The notes: a model not told the origin generated them from the letters alone. A stretch of DNA of 44,772 bases from Candidatus Scatovivens sp. (GCA_045630665.1 JAZQTI010000010.1:1-44772), one strand, 5' to 3'. Counted from the stretch's first letter, positions 1 through 8,058 are shown. Translations and numbers: made by a program.

Positions 1-32
1 AAATATCTATAATTATGTAAAAAGGAAGAAAG

Positions 33-1883
33 ATGGCAGATATTAAAGAAATTTTTAAAGATAAAAACTTTGAAGATGGAACGTTAAAATTAATTGAAAA
101 TTTTATAAATGAGTTTGATGATTTATTTGGAAAATATGTAACAAGAGAAGAAATAATAAACAGAATAAAAAATAACTTAGATGCTGAAGTTGAGTTTGTT
201 GATTTTATGAAGCCAACTCAATTAGGAAGATATAATTTAAATGACAAACGAATTTTATTAAAAAGAGGAATGTCAGAAGAAGAAACTAAAAGTGTATTTT
301 TTCATGAAATGATTCATTGTATAACAGCAAAAGAAAACTTTATAGGGTTTCCTATGGGGTTTGATGAAGTTGCATATCTAAATGGTGAAGAACAAGAATT
401 TAAACATACTGCTATAGGGTTAACAGAAGGCTTTACCGAATATGTAACTAAAATTAGAAATCAAAAATATGGATATACAAGCAGATCATATCCTATTTTG
501 AGTGAACAAACAGAGAATTTAGCTGAAGTCATTGGAGAAGAAAAATTTTTAGATATAGGTTTTAACAAACCAGAAGAAATTTTTACAGTAATGGTTGAAG
601 AAGAAATTGTACCTTTTGAATCTGATGTAGATGATTTTTTAAAGCAATTTAATGAATTATATAAATACGAAGATGAAATATTAATAGATAAATTTATTAA
701 AGATTCAGCTAATACAGGGAAAAGTGGAACAGAAGCCTTAATGCTAGATATATTAGGTGTTAGAGATTCTAAAAAATTGAAATTAGATAAAATTAAAGCA
801 TATATTGTAAAAACCTTACTTAGTAAAGTAAAAAAAATGGATGTTAACACTAAAGAAGATTTAATGAGTATTCAAGAGCGAATAGCAAAATACACAACTC
901 AACTTGGAATGGGAACAAATTATGAAGCAAGTAGTATTCTTTTTGATAAAATTGCTGAACTTGAAGAAACTGGAAAAAGTAGAGAAGAAATTTTAGAAAT
1001 GTTACCAAAATCAACAAGAAAATTAGCTGAATATGAATTCAAATATAGAGAATTTATGGAATTACCTCCAGAAGAAATGCTAGAAAAAATGGCAAATTCT
1101 GAGGTGGATATATATGATGAAGTAATTGCAGGCCCATTTGAAAAAAAATATGGAAGTGAAATAGTAAAAAAGATTTTTCAAGGTATTCAAGATGATGAAC
1201 TAGCATATGAATTATCATTACAATTAACAGATAAATTTGCAAAAACAATATTAGATAAAGGATGGAATCCTCAATTAATGTCATTTGAGTTTATTGAATT
1301 GGATTATCCAACAGGTTTAACATTTAATATATATGAAGCTGATGGAGAAAATTTAAAATATTTAGCAACTTTTTCAGATGCAAATGATGACTATAAAATG
1401 GAAGAAATGAGAGTTTGTTTAGCGACAGAAAAATTAAAAATATTAGAAGAAAATCCAATATTAGATTCTAATAGTGTTTTAATGAAAGGAAAGTCAGGAA
1501 CAATATTATCTTATAATGGAAATAATGATTATACATTTATAAATGACAGCAAAGAAATTTTTGTTAATAATGAAGAAACAAGTATCTTTTTCAGTGAAGC
1601 AGAAATTACTCAAAAAAGGTTAAGAGCAGCAGCTGAAAGATATCAAAATATGGAACGTGTGGCACCAGGAACGGTTATACTAAAAGATATAGGCAGAAGA
1701 GTAAGTACATTAGAAATGCAAAGAGACCAAATAAGAGGAAAAAGAAAATTTACTCCTATTGATATAGAAAAAGCGACTGAAGAAGTAACATTAGAAAAAG
1801 TTCAAAAAATATTAGAAGAAATAGGGGAACCAGAGCAATCAATACAAGAAACTTTAGAGAAAGGAATCGGATATAATGAGTAA
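33..1883 (+). CDS. Large acidic hypothetical protein with an HExxH (HEMIH) metallopeptidase-like motif. Paralog of 15144..17570 and 37613..38884.
   Basis: 616-aa ORF with a purine-rich RBS upstream. FFHEMIHC is followed ~40 aa later by GLTEGFTEY, a possible third-ligand Glu (gluzincin-like). No signal peptide. Its stop overlaps the next start (ATGAGTAA). Confidence 0.6.
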   Translation: MADIKEIFKDKNFEDGTLKLIENFINEFDDLFGKYVTREEIINRIKNNLDAEVEFVDFMKPTQLGRYNLNDKRILLKRGMSEEETKSVFFHEMIHCITAKENFIGFPMGFDEVAYLNGEEQEFKHTAIGLTEGFTEYVTKIRNQKYGYTSRSYPILSEQTENLAEVIGEEKFLDIGFNKPEEIFTVMVEEEIVPFESDVDDFLKQFNELYKYEDEILIDKFIKDSANTGKSGTEALMLDILGVRDSKKLKLDKIKAYIVKTLLSKVKKMDVNTKEDLMSIQERIAKYTTQLGMGTNYEASSILFDKIAELEETGKSREEILEMLPKSTRKLAEYEFKYREFMELPPEEMLEKMANSEVDIYDEVIAGPFEKKYGSEIVKKIFQGIQDDELAYELSLQLTDKFAKTILDKGWNPQLMSFEFIELDYPTGLTFNIYEADGENLKYLATFSDANDDYKMEEMRVCLATEKLKILEENPILDSNSVLMKGKSGTILSYNGNNDYTFINDSKEIFVNNEETSIFFSEAEITQKRLRAAAERYQNMERVAPGTVILKDIGRRVSTLEMQRDQIRGKRKFTPIDIEKATEEVTLEKVQKILEEIGEPEQSIQETLEKGIGYNE

Positions 1884-2340
1884 TAGTTCATATGCTTATG
1901 CAGAAGTGTTAGATGTATTAGAAAATATGGAAGACATTTATGTTCAAAAAATTCCGGAAAAATTTATAAGTTTTTTAAATAATAATGCAAGTAAAGATTA
2001 TAAAAAACACGTAGTAACAACAAAACCTTTAGAGAGTCAAGGTTTAAATGAGAAAACTTTAACTATTTTAGCATTAATAAACTTAAAATATTGGGTAGAA
2101 TCAGAAGAACATAAACAAGAACTGCTAAAAAAATATAAAGAAAATGAGATAAAAGAAATTGAAAAATTAAGTCAACATTTTGATTCAAGCAGTATATTCG
2201 AAAATAATAAAAATGTAAAAGAAACTGATAATAAAAATATAGTATCAAGGGAAAGTGAAAATACAAATTTACCAATAGAAAGAAAAACAGTATTTAGAAG
2301 ATTTGTTGATTTTATTAAAAGCAAAATATTTGAAAATTAA
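1876..2340 (+). CDS. Small (~154 aa) partner protein of unknown function. Clear paralog of 44247..44714.
   Basis: Translationally coupled to the upstream ORF. Blocks shared with the 155-aa ORF at the window end: E.L.VL...D....KIP..F, L..Q.(L/I).E, IFEN.K.VKET.N, and the C-terminal F...I..IK. Confidence 0.7.
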   Translation: MSNSSYAYAEVLDVLENMEDIYVQKIPEKFISFLNNNASKDYKKHVVTTKPLESQGLNEKTLTILALINLKYWVESEEHKQELLKKYKENEIKEIEKLSQHFDSSSIFENNKNVKETDNKNIVSRESENTNLPIERKTVFRRFVDFIKSKIFEN

Positions 2341-2352
2341 CCAAAAATATAC

Positions 2353-2383
2353 CTAGTTTATAATTAATAAACTAGTTTTTTTT
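2353..2383 (+). terminator. Rho-independent terminator of the 33..2340 operon
   Basis: CTAGTTTAT / ATAAACTAG 9-bp stem followed by T8. Confidence 0.75.
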
Positions 2384-2432
2384 ATTAGGAACAACTCTTC
2401 GACAAAATATGACAACAAAAGACAAAAATCCC

Positions 2433-2461
2433 TTGTAAAGGGGATTTTTTCATGTTATAAT
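2433..2461 (+). promoter_or_regulatory. Putative sigma-A promoter for glgP (TTGTAA-17-TGtTATAAT)
   Basis: -35 TTGTAA at 2433-2438, 17-nt spacer, extended -10 TGTTATAAT at 2453-2461. Followed by a ~160-nt structured leader. Confidence 0.5.
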
Positions 2462-2623
2462 ACGGCTGAAATAACTAGCTTATTTCAGGTAACTGCAAGT
2501 TTTGCTAGAATTCTAGCAGTTCTTGTTTAAACACTTATGTCTCTCTTCGAAAAGGAGGTTTTTTCAATAAAGAGAGATGCTCGTAACTATTGTATTTGTA
2601 GACCTTGAAAGGAGTGTTTTCGT

Positions 2624-5026
2624 ATGCCTTTTACTAGTACCCAGATGGCACTTAAGGCTCATTACGAGGATGCGGCCCGGACCTTGTTTAACAAGAATTT
2701 GGGAAGCCTCAATCCTTATGAGCTGAACAATGTCATCGCTAAAGTGGTAAAAGAACATGTGATTCCTAAGAACTGGAATCGTTCTCGTAACCTGTATTCT
2801 CGAAAGAGAATCACTGTCTATTTCTCTGCTGAGTTTCTGAACGGTCGTGTTGTTCTCGATCATCTGAACAACGCTGGCCTCCTGAAGGCAACCGAGAAGA
2901 TCTTCAAAAGAGAAAATATCGATATTAAATGCCTGGAAACCATCGAAGATCCCGCATTGGGAAATGGTGGCCTTGGTCGTCTGGCTGCATGTTTCATCGA
3001 ATCTGCAGCAACCCAGGGCTTGCCTCTGTTTGGTGTGGGCCTGTACTACAAGTACGGTCTGTTCAAGCAGAAATTCGATGCCAATGGCTACCAGCAGGCT
3101 GAGCCTGATATCTGGGATGCCAACATGGAACCTTGGTTCGAACCTCATTATGAGGATGAGCAGATTATCACCTTTGCAGATACTCGTGTTCGCGCAGTGC
3201 CTTATGAAATGCCTGTCCTTGGCTATAATGCTGATGAAGGTGAGTATAATGCACCTGTATTCCCGTTCAGAGTGTGGAAGGCTGAGCCTATTGAAGGTGT
3301 AACCAATGCCTCTGCAGCTGCAATTTCTGATTGGCTCTATCCGAATGATGAAAACGAAGATGGCAAGATTCTGCGTCTGCGTCAGGAGTACTTCTTCGTG
3401 AGTGCTGAAATGCAGACTCTGATTAACCGCCATCTGAAGATCCACGGTACCCTCGACAACTTTGAAGAGTACTATTTCTTCCAGATGAACGATACCCATC
3501 CTGTTATGGGCTGTCTGGAGTTTATCAGACTCTTCGAAAACCATGGCTACACTTTCAACGAAGCTTTCGAAAAAGCATGCAAGTGTTTCGCTTATACGAA
3601 CCACACTATCATGCCCGAAGCTCTGGAGAAGTGGAACCGCGTTATGTTCAAGAATCTGCTGCCTGACATCCATCAGGTCATCAATGACATCAATAAGAGA
3701 CTCATTGATGAATTGTCTGCCAAGGATGAGTTCAGTAAGATCAAGTATGAGAACGGTAGCTATGTGAGCGAAGCAGACTGGGACAAGATCAATCCTTACG
3801 AAATGTTCCAGGATGGTAGTATTCATATGAGCCGTATCGCATGCTATGTTGGTTCTAAGATCAACGGTGTTGCGAAGGTTCATACTGATATTATCATGAA
3901 AACTCTGCTGGCAAACTGGTGCGAACTGTATCCCGAAAAGTTCATCAATATTACCAATGGTGTTACCCCGAGACGTTGGGTTAGCCTGTCCAACCCGGAT
4001 CTGGCTGAATTCCTCGACAAGTACGCTGGTAATGGATGGATCACCAACATGAGTATGCTGTCCAGACTGGAACAGTATAAGAATGATCATGCGGTTCTTA
4101 CTGAATTTGCTGGAATCAAGATGAATGCCAAGGTAAAACTGGCAGAAGAAATCTACCAGCGCGAAGGTATCAGAATCGATCCGAACAGCATTTTCGACAT
4201 CCAGGTAAAGAGAATCCACGAATATAAGCGTCAGCTGATGAATGCTCTGAGAATTCTGAGAATTTATCAGCTCATCAAGCAGGGCAAGTTGCCCGACTTC
4301 TACAAGACCACCTTCATCATTGCAGGTAAGGCAGCAATGTCTTACAAGAAGGCAATCCAGACCATCGCTCTTATTAAAGACATTCAGAATCTGGTCAACA
4401 ATGACCCTGATGTCAGAGATAAGATGCAGGTTGTGTTCCTGACCAACTTCAATGTTTCTTACGCTGAAAAGATTTATGCCGCAGCTAACTTCTCTGAGCA
4501 GATTAGTACTGCTGGTACTGAAGCTTCCGGCACTGGCAACATGAAGTTCATGATGAACGGTGCACCTACTATCGGAACCTGGGATGGTGCGAATATCGAA
4601 ATCATCCTCGCATCCGGTAGAAAGAACAACTACGAGTTCGGCGCTCGAGTCGAACAGCTGAAAGCTATTGAGAAGCAGTATCAGCATGAACAGGGACGTT
4701 TCGTCAAATCCTACATGTATGATGTTGCTCGTCTCCTGAAGGATAAAACCCTTCTGCCTAATGCATATTGGGAGCTTTACAGCACGATTACTCTGGAAGA
4801 CAAGTATTACGTTATGCTTGATCTGGAAGCATATATCGAGACTACGCTTCGTGCAAATGCCGATTATGCTGCAGAACAGAGAACTGGCGATCTGTCTCAC
4901 CATACCAGAAAGGCTATGAAGAATACTGCCGCATCTGGTGTGTTCTCCTCTGACCGTACTGTTCAGGAATATGCTAAGCATATTTGGCATATTGAGCCGA
5001 TTTGCTGGGAAGATTTGACCGAATAA
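2624..5026 (+). CDS. glgP: Glycogen/maltodextrin phosphorylase (GT35)
   Basis: 800 aa. Contains EDPALGNGGLGRLAACF and the PLP-lysine motif EASGTGNMKFMMNGA. RBS AAAGGAG. About 48% GC against the AT-rich background. Confidence 0.95.
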   Translation: MPFTSTQMALKAHYEDAARTLFNKNLGSLNPYELNNVIAKVVKEHVIPKNWNRSRNLYSRKRITVYFSAEFLNGRVVLDHLNNAGLLKATEKIFKRENIDIKCLETIEDPALGNGGLGRLAACFIESAATQGLPLFGVGLYYKYGLFKQKFDANGYQQAEPDIWDANMEPWFEPHYEDEQIITFADTRVRAVPYEMPVLGYNADEGEYNAPVFPFRVWKAEPIEGVTNASAAAISDWLYPNDENEDGKILRLRQEYFFVSAEMQTLINRHLKIHGTLDNFEEYYFFQMNDTHPVMGCLEFIRLFENHGYTFNEAFEKACKCFAYTNHTIMPEALEKWNRVMFKNLLPDIHQVINDINKRLIDELSAKDEFSKIKYENGSYVSEADWDKINPYEMFQDGSIHMSRIACYVGSKINGVAKVHTDIIMKTLLANWCELYPEKFINITNGVTPRRWVSLSNPDLAEFLDKYAGNGWITNMSMLSRLEQYKNDHAVLTEFAGIKMNAKVKLAEEIYQREGIRIDPNSIFDIQVKRIHEYKRQLMNALRILRIYQLIKQGKLPDFYKTTFIIAGKAAMSYKKAIQTIALIKDIQNLVNNDPDVRDKMQVVFLTNFNVSYAEKIYAAANFSEQISTAGTEASGTGNMKFMMNGAPTIGTWDGANIEIILASGRKNNYEFGARVEQLKAIEKQYQHEQGRFVKSYMYDVARLLKDKTLLPNAYWELYSTITLEDKYYVMLDLEAYIETTLRANADYAAEQRTGDLSHHTRKAMKNTAASGVFSSDRTVQEYAKHIWHIEPICWEDLTE

Positions 5027-5046
5027 ACGACAAGACATAAGAATGT

Positions 5047-5079
5047 CCCCCGGAGCATTGCTCCGGGGTTTCATTTTAT
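5047..5079 (+). terminator. Rho-independent terminator after glgP
   Basis: CCCCGGAG-cattg-CTCCGGGG stem followed by TTTCATTTT. Confidence 0.8.
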
Positions 5080-5120
5080 GCAAATAAAACTTGAAATTAA
5101 AATTATAGCATGTTACGTAA

Positions 5121-5149
5121 TTTACAATTTACATAAAATGTGTTATAAT
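5121..5149 (+). promoter_or_regulatory. Putative promoter TTTACA-17-TGtTATAAT for the 5190..6201 operon
   Basis: -35 at 5121-5126, -10 at 5144-5149, with TG at 5141-5142. Shares sequence blocks with the promoter at 30934..30962. Confidence 0.55.
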
Positions 5150-5189
5150 AGGTTGGATAAAAAATTATGGAAAGGTTGGCATAACTTAT

Positions 5190-5612
5190 ATGAGAGATTT
5201 CTACAAATTTATGCGGCACTTTCAGTTAATTAACTGGCGGATTGTGGTCCACTCGATTAATGAACTGAAATGTATCGCAAAAGGAGATGACTTGAAGCCT
5301 AGCTTCAATCCTGATACCATTCCGGAGTATATAGAAGACTTGAAAGAAGGGATTGTAAGAGATTTGCCAATGGGGGCTTATGAATACAATTCCTGTGTCG
5401 AATATCTGAAAATGATTAGACGCAAACTTTGGGAAAACAGAAGAAACTTTGAGAGCTTCACGTTAGTATTTAGCAAGTTGGATTGCTATAACTTACTGAT
5501 TGCTCCGGTAGAAGACTGTTTGGAGATGGTGGCAAAAGAAGTCGGATTTAAGATTGTTAGCGAAACTGACACCGGTGTAAGCTACAATTATGTCTTGAAA
5601 AGCGAACTATGA
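5190..5612 (+). CDS. Hypothetical protein (140 aa), moderate GC
   Basis: ORF with a weak RBS, so the start is uncertain. Lies directly upstream of the P-loop gene, with a 13-nt gap. Confidence 0.5.
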   Translation: MRDFYKFMRHFQLINWRIVVHSINELKCIAKGDDLKPSFNPDTIPEYIEDLKEGIVRDLPMGAYEYNSCVEYLKMIRRKLWENRRNFESFTLVFSKLDCYNLLIAPVEDCLEMVAKEVGFKIVSETDTGVSYNYVLKSEL

Positions 5613-5625
5613 AAGAGGGAATAAG

Positions 5626-6201
5626 ATGGGAAAAACATCCATTGGGCAGACTCAAATCAAGATTCCAGATGATACCTTGGTTCTGATCTGTGGTTCACAA
5701 AACAGCGGTAAAACAACATTTACCAAGAAACATTTTACAGGCAAAAGCATACTTACAACAGACGAGATTTTTGAAGAAATCGTAAATACAAGATCTAATA
5801 TATTCGATACTCAGAAATCTTTAGCAATGCGGACACAAGAAGTTTTTGAAGAAAGACTATTTCAGATGAAAAAAGATGGCGCCTCCATTGTTGTTGTGGA
5901 TGCAGCACCAATTGAATTTGATGCAAGAATGGCTCTGCTTACTCGTTTTAAAAGAGTATATTCAAATGTGATTCTTATTGTTCTGGATGTAAAATATCCA
6001 ACTTTGAAGGCACGTCCTAAAAAGAAGGTGAACAAAAAGAAAAAACATTTTGGAATAACTCCAATAAGTGACGAGGAACTGTTGTATAACTCATTGATCA
6101 TAAGGGAACAAATCCTAAAAGGTCAGTTTGGTTTTAAAGTAAATCAAGCATATATTCTTTCAGAAAATGATGTTGGAAAATGTGAAGTATTGTTCGAGTA
6201 A
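5626..6201 (+). CDS. P-loop NTPase/kinase-like protein (AAA_33 or polynucleotide-kinase-like)
   Basis: Walker A GSQNSGKTT, Walker B-like IVVVDA, RBS AGAGGGA. 191 aa. Confidence 0.6.
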   Translation: MGKTSIGQTQIKIPDDTLVLICGSQNSGKTTFTKKHFTGKSILTTDEIFEEIVNTRSNIFDTQKSLAMRTQEVFEERLFQMKKDGASIVVVDAAPIEFDARMALLTRFKRVYSNVILIVLDVKYPTLKARPKKKVNKKKKHFGITPISDEELLYNSLIIREQILKGQFGFKVNQAYILSENDVGKCEVLFE

Positions 6202-6212
6202 TCACAAAAAGA

Positions 6213-6247
6213 AGCGGAATCCTATGCACTAGGATTTCCGCTTTTTT
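6213..6247 (+). terminator. Rho-independent terminator
   Basis: AGCGGAATCCTA-tgcac-TAGGATTTCCGCT stem followed by T6. Confidence 0.8.
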
Positions 6248-6376
6248 CATTATTATATTTTTGATATGCAATAAAATTGATATTAATATCATTATTAATA
6301 TTATATATAATCCTATACGAATATCACATATAAAATAAAAATTAGAGTAAATATTTTTTGAAATATAAAAAAATTC

Positions 6377-6406
6377 TTGACATTTTTTTACAAAGGAACA
6401 TATAAT
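6377..6406 (+). promoter_or_regulatory. Putative promoter TTGACA-18-TATAAT for the trp leader and trpB
   Basis: TTGACA at 6377-6382 and TATAAT at 6401-6406. Confidence 0.6.
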
Positions 6407-6430
6407 ATTAGTATAGCAAAGGAGAACGCC

Positions 6431-6514
6431 ATGTTTAATGTAAAGAACGTTAAATTAAATAACTGGTGGCAAGTATGGGTAAAAAATTACTCATACAGTT
6501 TTTGCATGCTATAA
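6431..6514 (+). CDS. Trp-rich leader peptide (27 aa, MFNVKNVKLNNWWQVWVKNYSYSFCML)
   Basis: RBS AAAGGAGAA 6 nt upstream. Three TGG codons: a tandem pair at 6464-6469 plus one at 6476-6478. Sits between the promoter and a terminator hairpin upstream of trpB. Confidence 0.7.
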   Translation: MFNVKNVKLNNWWQVWVKNYSYSFCML

Positions 6515-6551
6515 AATATAAAAATATTATATTATTAGTTTTGTTTCAAAG

Positions 6552-6594
6552 GCGCATGTATGAGTAATTGAGCTCGTATGTGCGCTTTTTGTTT
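6552..6594 (+). terminator. Attenuator terminator upstream of trpB
   Basis: 13-bp stem GCGCATGTATGAG (6552-6564) / CTCGTATGTGCGC (6573-6585), including 3 G-U pairs, then TTTTTGTTTG. Its 5' arm TGTATGAG can instead pair with CTCATACA (6490-6497) inside the leader ORF. Confidence 0.7.
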
Positions 6595-6703
6595 GCAAAA
6601 ATAAAAGGAGGTGGCACTATGGAATCTGACTGGCACTGGGAAAGAAGTGCAAATAAAAATTTAAAAGAAAAAAATCAATTAAAAAAGAAAGAAGGAATTA
6701 ATT

Positions 6704-7858
6704 ATGGAATTTGGAAAATTTGGTGGACAATATGTGCCACAAAACTTAAAAGAAAGATTAAATGAAATTGAAAGAGAATTTGAAAAAGCAAAAGAAGATG
6801 AGAATTTTAAAAAAGAATATTTATATTATTTGAAACAATTTGTTGGAAGACCAACTCCATTGTATTTTGCTGAAAACTTAACAAAATATGCTGGTGGGGC
6901 AAAAATATTTTTAAAAAGAGAAGATTTGAATCATACTGGAGCTCACAAAATTAATAATGCTATAGGCCAAGTGTTACTTGCAAAAAGAATGGGAAAAACA
7001 CATATAATTGCAGAAACTGGAGCAGGGCAACATGGAGTTGCAACAGCAACTGTATGCAGTTTATTTGGATTAGATTGTACTATATTTATGGGAAAAGAAG
7101 ATATAAAAAGACAAAAAGTAAATGTAGAAAAAATGAAACTTTTAGGTGCAAAAATACAAGAAGTAACAAAAGGAGAAGGAACATTAAAAGAAGCAGTAGA
7201 TGAAGCATTTGAATATCTTATAGAAAATGATGAAATCTTTTATTTGATAGGTTCTGCTGTTGGACCTGCACCATATCCAATGATTGTTAAAGAATTTCAA
7301 AAAATAATAGGAGAAGAAACTAAATCTCAAATTTTAGAATTTGAAAACAAATTACCAAAAGCAATAGTGGCATGTGTTGGAGGCGGAAGTAACAGTATAG
7401 GTCTATTTACAGATTTTATAAAAGAAAAAGATGTAGATATTTATGGAGTAGAAGGCGCAGGAAATGGAATAGAAACAGGAAAACATGCGGCTGCAATACA
7501 AAATAATACAGTAGGAATCATGCATGGAATGAAAACATTTATAATGCAAGATGAAAAAGGAAATATAAAAGATGCATACTCAATATCTGCAGGACTTGAT
7601 TATCCAGGAATAGGACCAGAACATGCATATTTAGCAAGCATAGGAAGAGTAAAATATGATTCAGTAACTGATAATGAAGCAATAGAAAGTTTTAAACTTC
7701 TAACAAAATTAGAAGGAATTATTCCTGCATTAGAAAGTTGTCATGCAATAAGTTATGGAATAAAAATAGCCCCCAAATATAATAAAGAAGATTCTATAAT
7801 TGTTAATTTGTCTGGAAGGGGAGATAAAGACATTGAAACAATATTGAATTTAAGTTAG
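6704..7858 (+). CDS. trpB: Tryptophan synthase beta chain
   Basis: 384 aa. Contains FGGQYVP, the PLP-Lys motif HTGAHKINN and GGGSNSIG. No trpA or any other trp gene is nearby. Confidence 0.95.
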   Translation: MEFGKFGGQYVPQNLKERLNEIEREFEKAKEDENFKKEYLYYLKQFVGRPTPLYFAENLTKYAGGAKIFLKREDLNHTGAHKINNAIGQVLLAKRMGKTHIIAETGAGQHGVATATVCSLFGLDCTIFMGKEDIKRQKVNVEKMKLLGAKIQEVTKGEGTLKEAVDEAFEYLIENDEIFYLIGSAVGPAPYPMIVKEFQKIIGEETKSQILEFENKLPKAIVACVGGGSNSIGLFTDFIKEKDVDIYGVEGAGNGIETGKHAAAIQNNTVGIMHGMKTFIMQDEKGNIKDAYSISAGLDYPGIGPEHAYLASIGRVKYDSVTDNEAIESFKLLTKLEGIIPALESCHAISYGIKIAPKYNKEDSIIVNLSGRGDKDIETILNLS

Positions 7859-7925
7859 ATATTTATAATAATTAATAAAATTAATTACATAAATGCTGAT
7901 AACACCTTAATATGGGATCTAAAAT

Positions 7926-7954
7926 TTGAAAAATTATGTAAATTGTGCTATAAT
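7926..7954 (+). promoter_or_regulatory. Putative promoter TTGAAA-17-TGcTATAAT
   Basis: -35 at 7926-7931 and -10 at 7949-7954. The core 7933-7957 matches 33094-33118 at 23 of 25 positions. Confidence 0.6.
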
Positions 7955-8058
7955 AAAATGTGATGAACTTATTGTTTACTCCTATTTTACATCAAGGTAA
8001 TGACAATAGTTTATCGTCGTAGTCAGTCATCGAGAAAAATTTAGGGAGGAAAAAGACG

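Noticed and set aside
2564-5083. 839-aa ORF on the minus strand covering all of glgP
   Set aside because: Its sequence is low-complexity-like nonsense with no RBS or motifs. It is exactly codon-aligned antisense to a textbook glycogen phosphorylase. The open frame is explained by the absence of TTA/CTA/TCA codons in glgP, which I report as a codon-usage finding instead.
2445-6250. TTTTTTCAT at both edges of the glgP block (2445-2453 and 6242-6250) as a possible target-site duplication
   Set aside because: Both copies are simply terminator T-tracts followed by CAT. The information content is too low to call. It would need an empty-site comparison.
6279-6290. Perfect 12-nt palindrome GATATTAATATC upstream of the trp promoter as a possible operator
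   Set aside because: All-AT-core palindromes are expected frequently in about 20% GC intergenic DNA. Nothing else supports it.
6515-6703. Looked for a TRAP-binding (G/U)AG triplet array or a T-box (specifier loop plus the conserved T-box sequence) upstream of trpB
   Set aside because: I could not find 9-11 regularly spaced GAG/UAG triplets or a T-box-like conserved 14-mer by eye. The leader-peptide model fits the observed hairpins better. A covariance-model scan would be decisive.
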